This document shows positions 63,218 through 64,000 of a stretch of DNA of 64,000 nucleotides, one piece after another (positions within the stretch are counted from its first letter, which is position 1; each line of letters starts with the position of its first letter). The notes beneath the pieces were generated by a model that made no database searches, had not been told where the DNA came from, and saw only the letters and a program-made list of their open reading frames with translations. Position numbers and translations under genes: made by a program. This DNA is from Anaerolineae bacterium (GTDB taxonomy: Bacteria; Chloroflexota; Anaerolineae; Anaerolineales; Villigracilaceae), in assembly GCA_022013685.1 (NCBI GenBank), contig JAKLPV010000218.1, forward strand, positions 5,213-69,212. The letters are read 5' to 3'.

Positions 63218-64000
63218 CTAATTGCCGCGCAACTGGTAATTGGGCGCTTCCTTGGTGATGATAATATCGTGTGGATGGCTCTCGATCAGCCCGGCATTGG
63301 TGATTTTGTTGAGTTGGGTCTGAGAACGCAGAGCATCAAGATTATTTGCGCCCGCATAGCCCATGCCGGAACGCAGGCCGCCCACCAGTTGGTAGACAAA
63401 ATCGCGCAGTGTCCCTTTATACGGAACGCGGCCTTCGATGCCTTCAGGCACCAGTTTGCCGCCACCCTTCTGCCCGCTGCCATAGCGATCCTTGCCAAAA
63501 CCCTGCATCGCACCCAGGCTGCCCATGCCGCGATATTCCTTGAAACTACGGCCCTCATACGTGACCACTTCTCCCGGCGATTCTTCCAAACCGGCCAGCA
63601 GTGAACCAAGCATGACCGTATCGGCCCCGGCCACAATCGCCTTGACGATATCGCCTGAGTACTTGACCCCGCCATCGGCAATCACCGGCGTGGAGGTCTT
63701 GCGCGCTTCACGCACACAATTAAAAATCGCCGTCAACTGCGGCATTCCGGCCCCGGCCACAATGCGGGTGGTACAAATCGAGCCGGCCCCGACCCCCACC
63801 TTGACCCCGTCGGCCCCGGCCTCGATCAGCGCGCGCGTGCCTTCGGCGGTGACCACATTCCCGGCCACCACAGCCAGCGCCGGCCAGTTTTGCTTGACGC
63901 GTTTAATCGTCTCGATCACGCCGCGCGTATGACCGTGGGCGGTATCGATCACCACCACATCCAGCCCGGCATCCGCCATCAGGCCGACGCGCTTTTCCAC
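63218..64000 (-). CDS. guaB: IMP dehydrogenase (3' portion; the 5' end lies outside the window)
   Basis: [11 protein letters not shown] catalytic Cys loop, GGLRSGMGY, and the C-terminal end. Confidence 0.93.
   Translation of the reverse strand: MEKRVGLMADAGLDVVVIDTAHGHTRGVIETIKRVKQNWPALAVVAGNVVTAEGTRALIEAGADGVKVGVGAGSICTTRIVAGAGMPQLTAIFNCVREARKTSTPVIADGGVKYSGDIVKAIVAGADTVMLGSLLAGLEESPGEVVTYEGRSFKEYRGMGSLGAMQGFGKDRYGSGQKGGGKLVPEGIEGRVPYKGTLRDFVYQLVGGLRSGMGYAGANNLDALRSQTQLNKITNAGLIESHPHDIIITKEAPNYQLRGN

Noticed and set aside
1-64000. Search by eye for tRNA, rRNA, tmRNA, RNase P, group II intron or retron-like features in all intergenic regions longer than 80 nt.
   Set aside because: Nothing resembling a cloverleaf, conserved rRNA blocks or an RT gene was seen. 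A covariance-model scan would be needed to exclude small RNAs.

Overview
A 64 kb, roughly 58-60% GC bacterial chromosomal segment. Gene content and intergenic repeat style suggest a Chloroflexota/Anaerolineae-like organism, but that is inference only. All protein calls rest on motif recognition in the supplied translations; no database search was possible.

Layout, left to right:
- A partial IS21-family element (istA/istB) that abuts, and probably truncates, a GNAT gene.
- Housekeeping and metabolic genes: pyk, a CoA-transferase/ald/rocD/argF cluster, and a MoxR-DUF58-MBL operon.
- An accessory-looking locus at about 14.2-19.8 kb.
- Regulator/target pairs: PadR-HAAS, ArsR-CzcD, GbsR-like with a small membrane protein, and Zur-ZnuA.
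- yhhQ, a very long GlnE, an ArsB/NhaD permease, amt, an APC permease, a PP2C/Ser-Thr kinase pair, an Ada-like MGMT, and the nadC-nadA-nadB operon.
- CPBP protease, DinB, csp, lutA-MTase-lutBC, a CCA/poly(A) polymerase-family enzyme, hpt, tdk, and rpmE/rpmA/rplU.
- sixA-CHAD-ppk1, a THUMP methyltransferase, a roadblock/LC7 protein, and partial guaB.
- No rRNA, tRNA or CRISPR array was recognised.

The most unusual region is 14.2-19.8 kb:
- A large envelope protein with repeated Ig-like modules changes abruptly to low-GC DNA in its last ~215 codons.
- The low-GC tract (about 16.25-18.72 kb) continues through a TPR membrane protein and a WD40 lipoprotein.
- A decayed fragment homologous to the region just upstream of that junction lies about 3.6 kb downstream.
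- This layout resembles C-terminal cassette displacement in polymorphic-toxin loci, but no toxin or immunity domain is recognisable.

Other items worth a second look:
- A ~110-nt dispersed element present twice, with compensatory stem changes.
- A 31-nt motif shared by the rocD and argF leaders, plus a related split repeat.
- GlnE carrying a GlnD-like double ACT insertion.
- Ribosomal protein L31 fused to an RNAP alpha-CTD-like helix-hairpin-helix domain.
- Low-complexity palindromes inside the nad operon.
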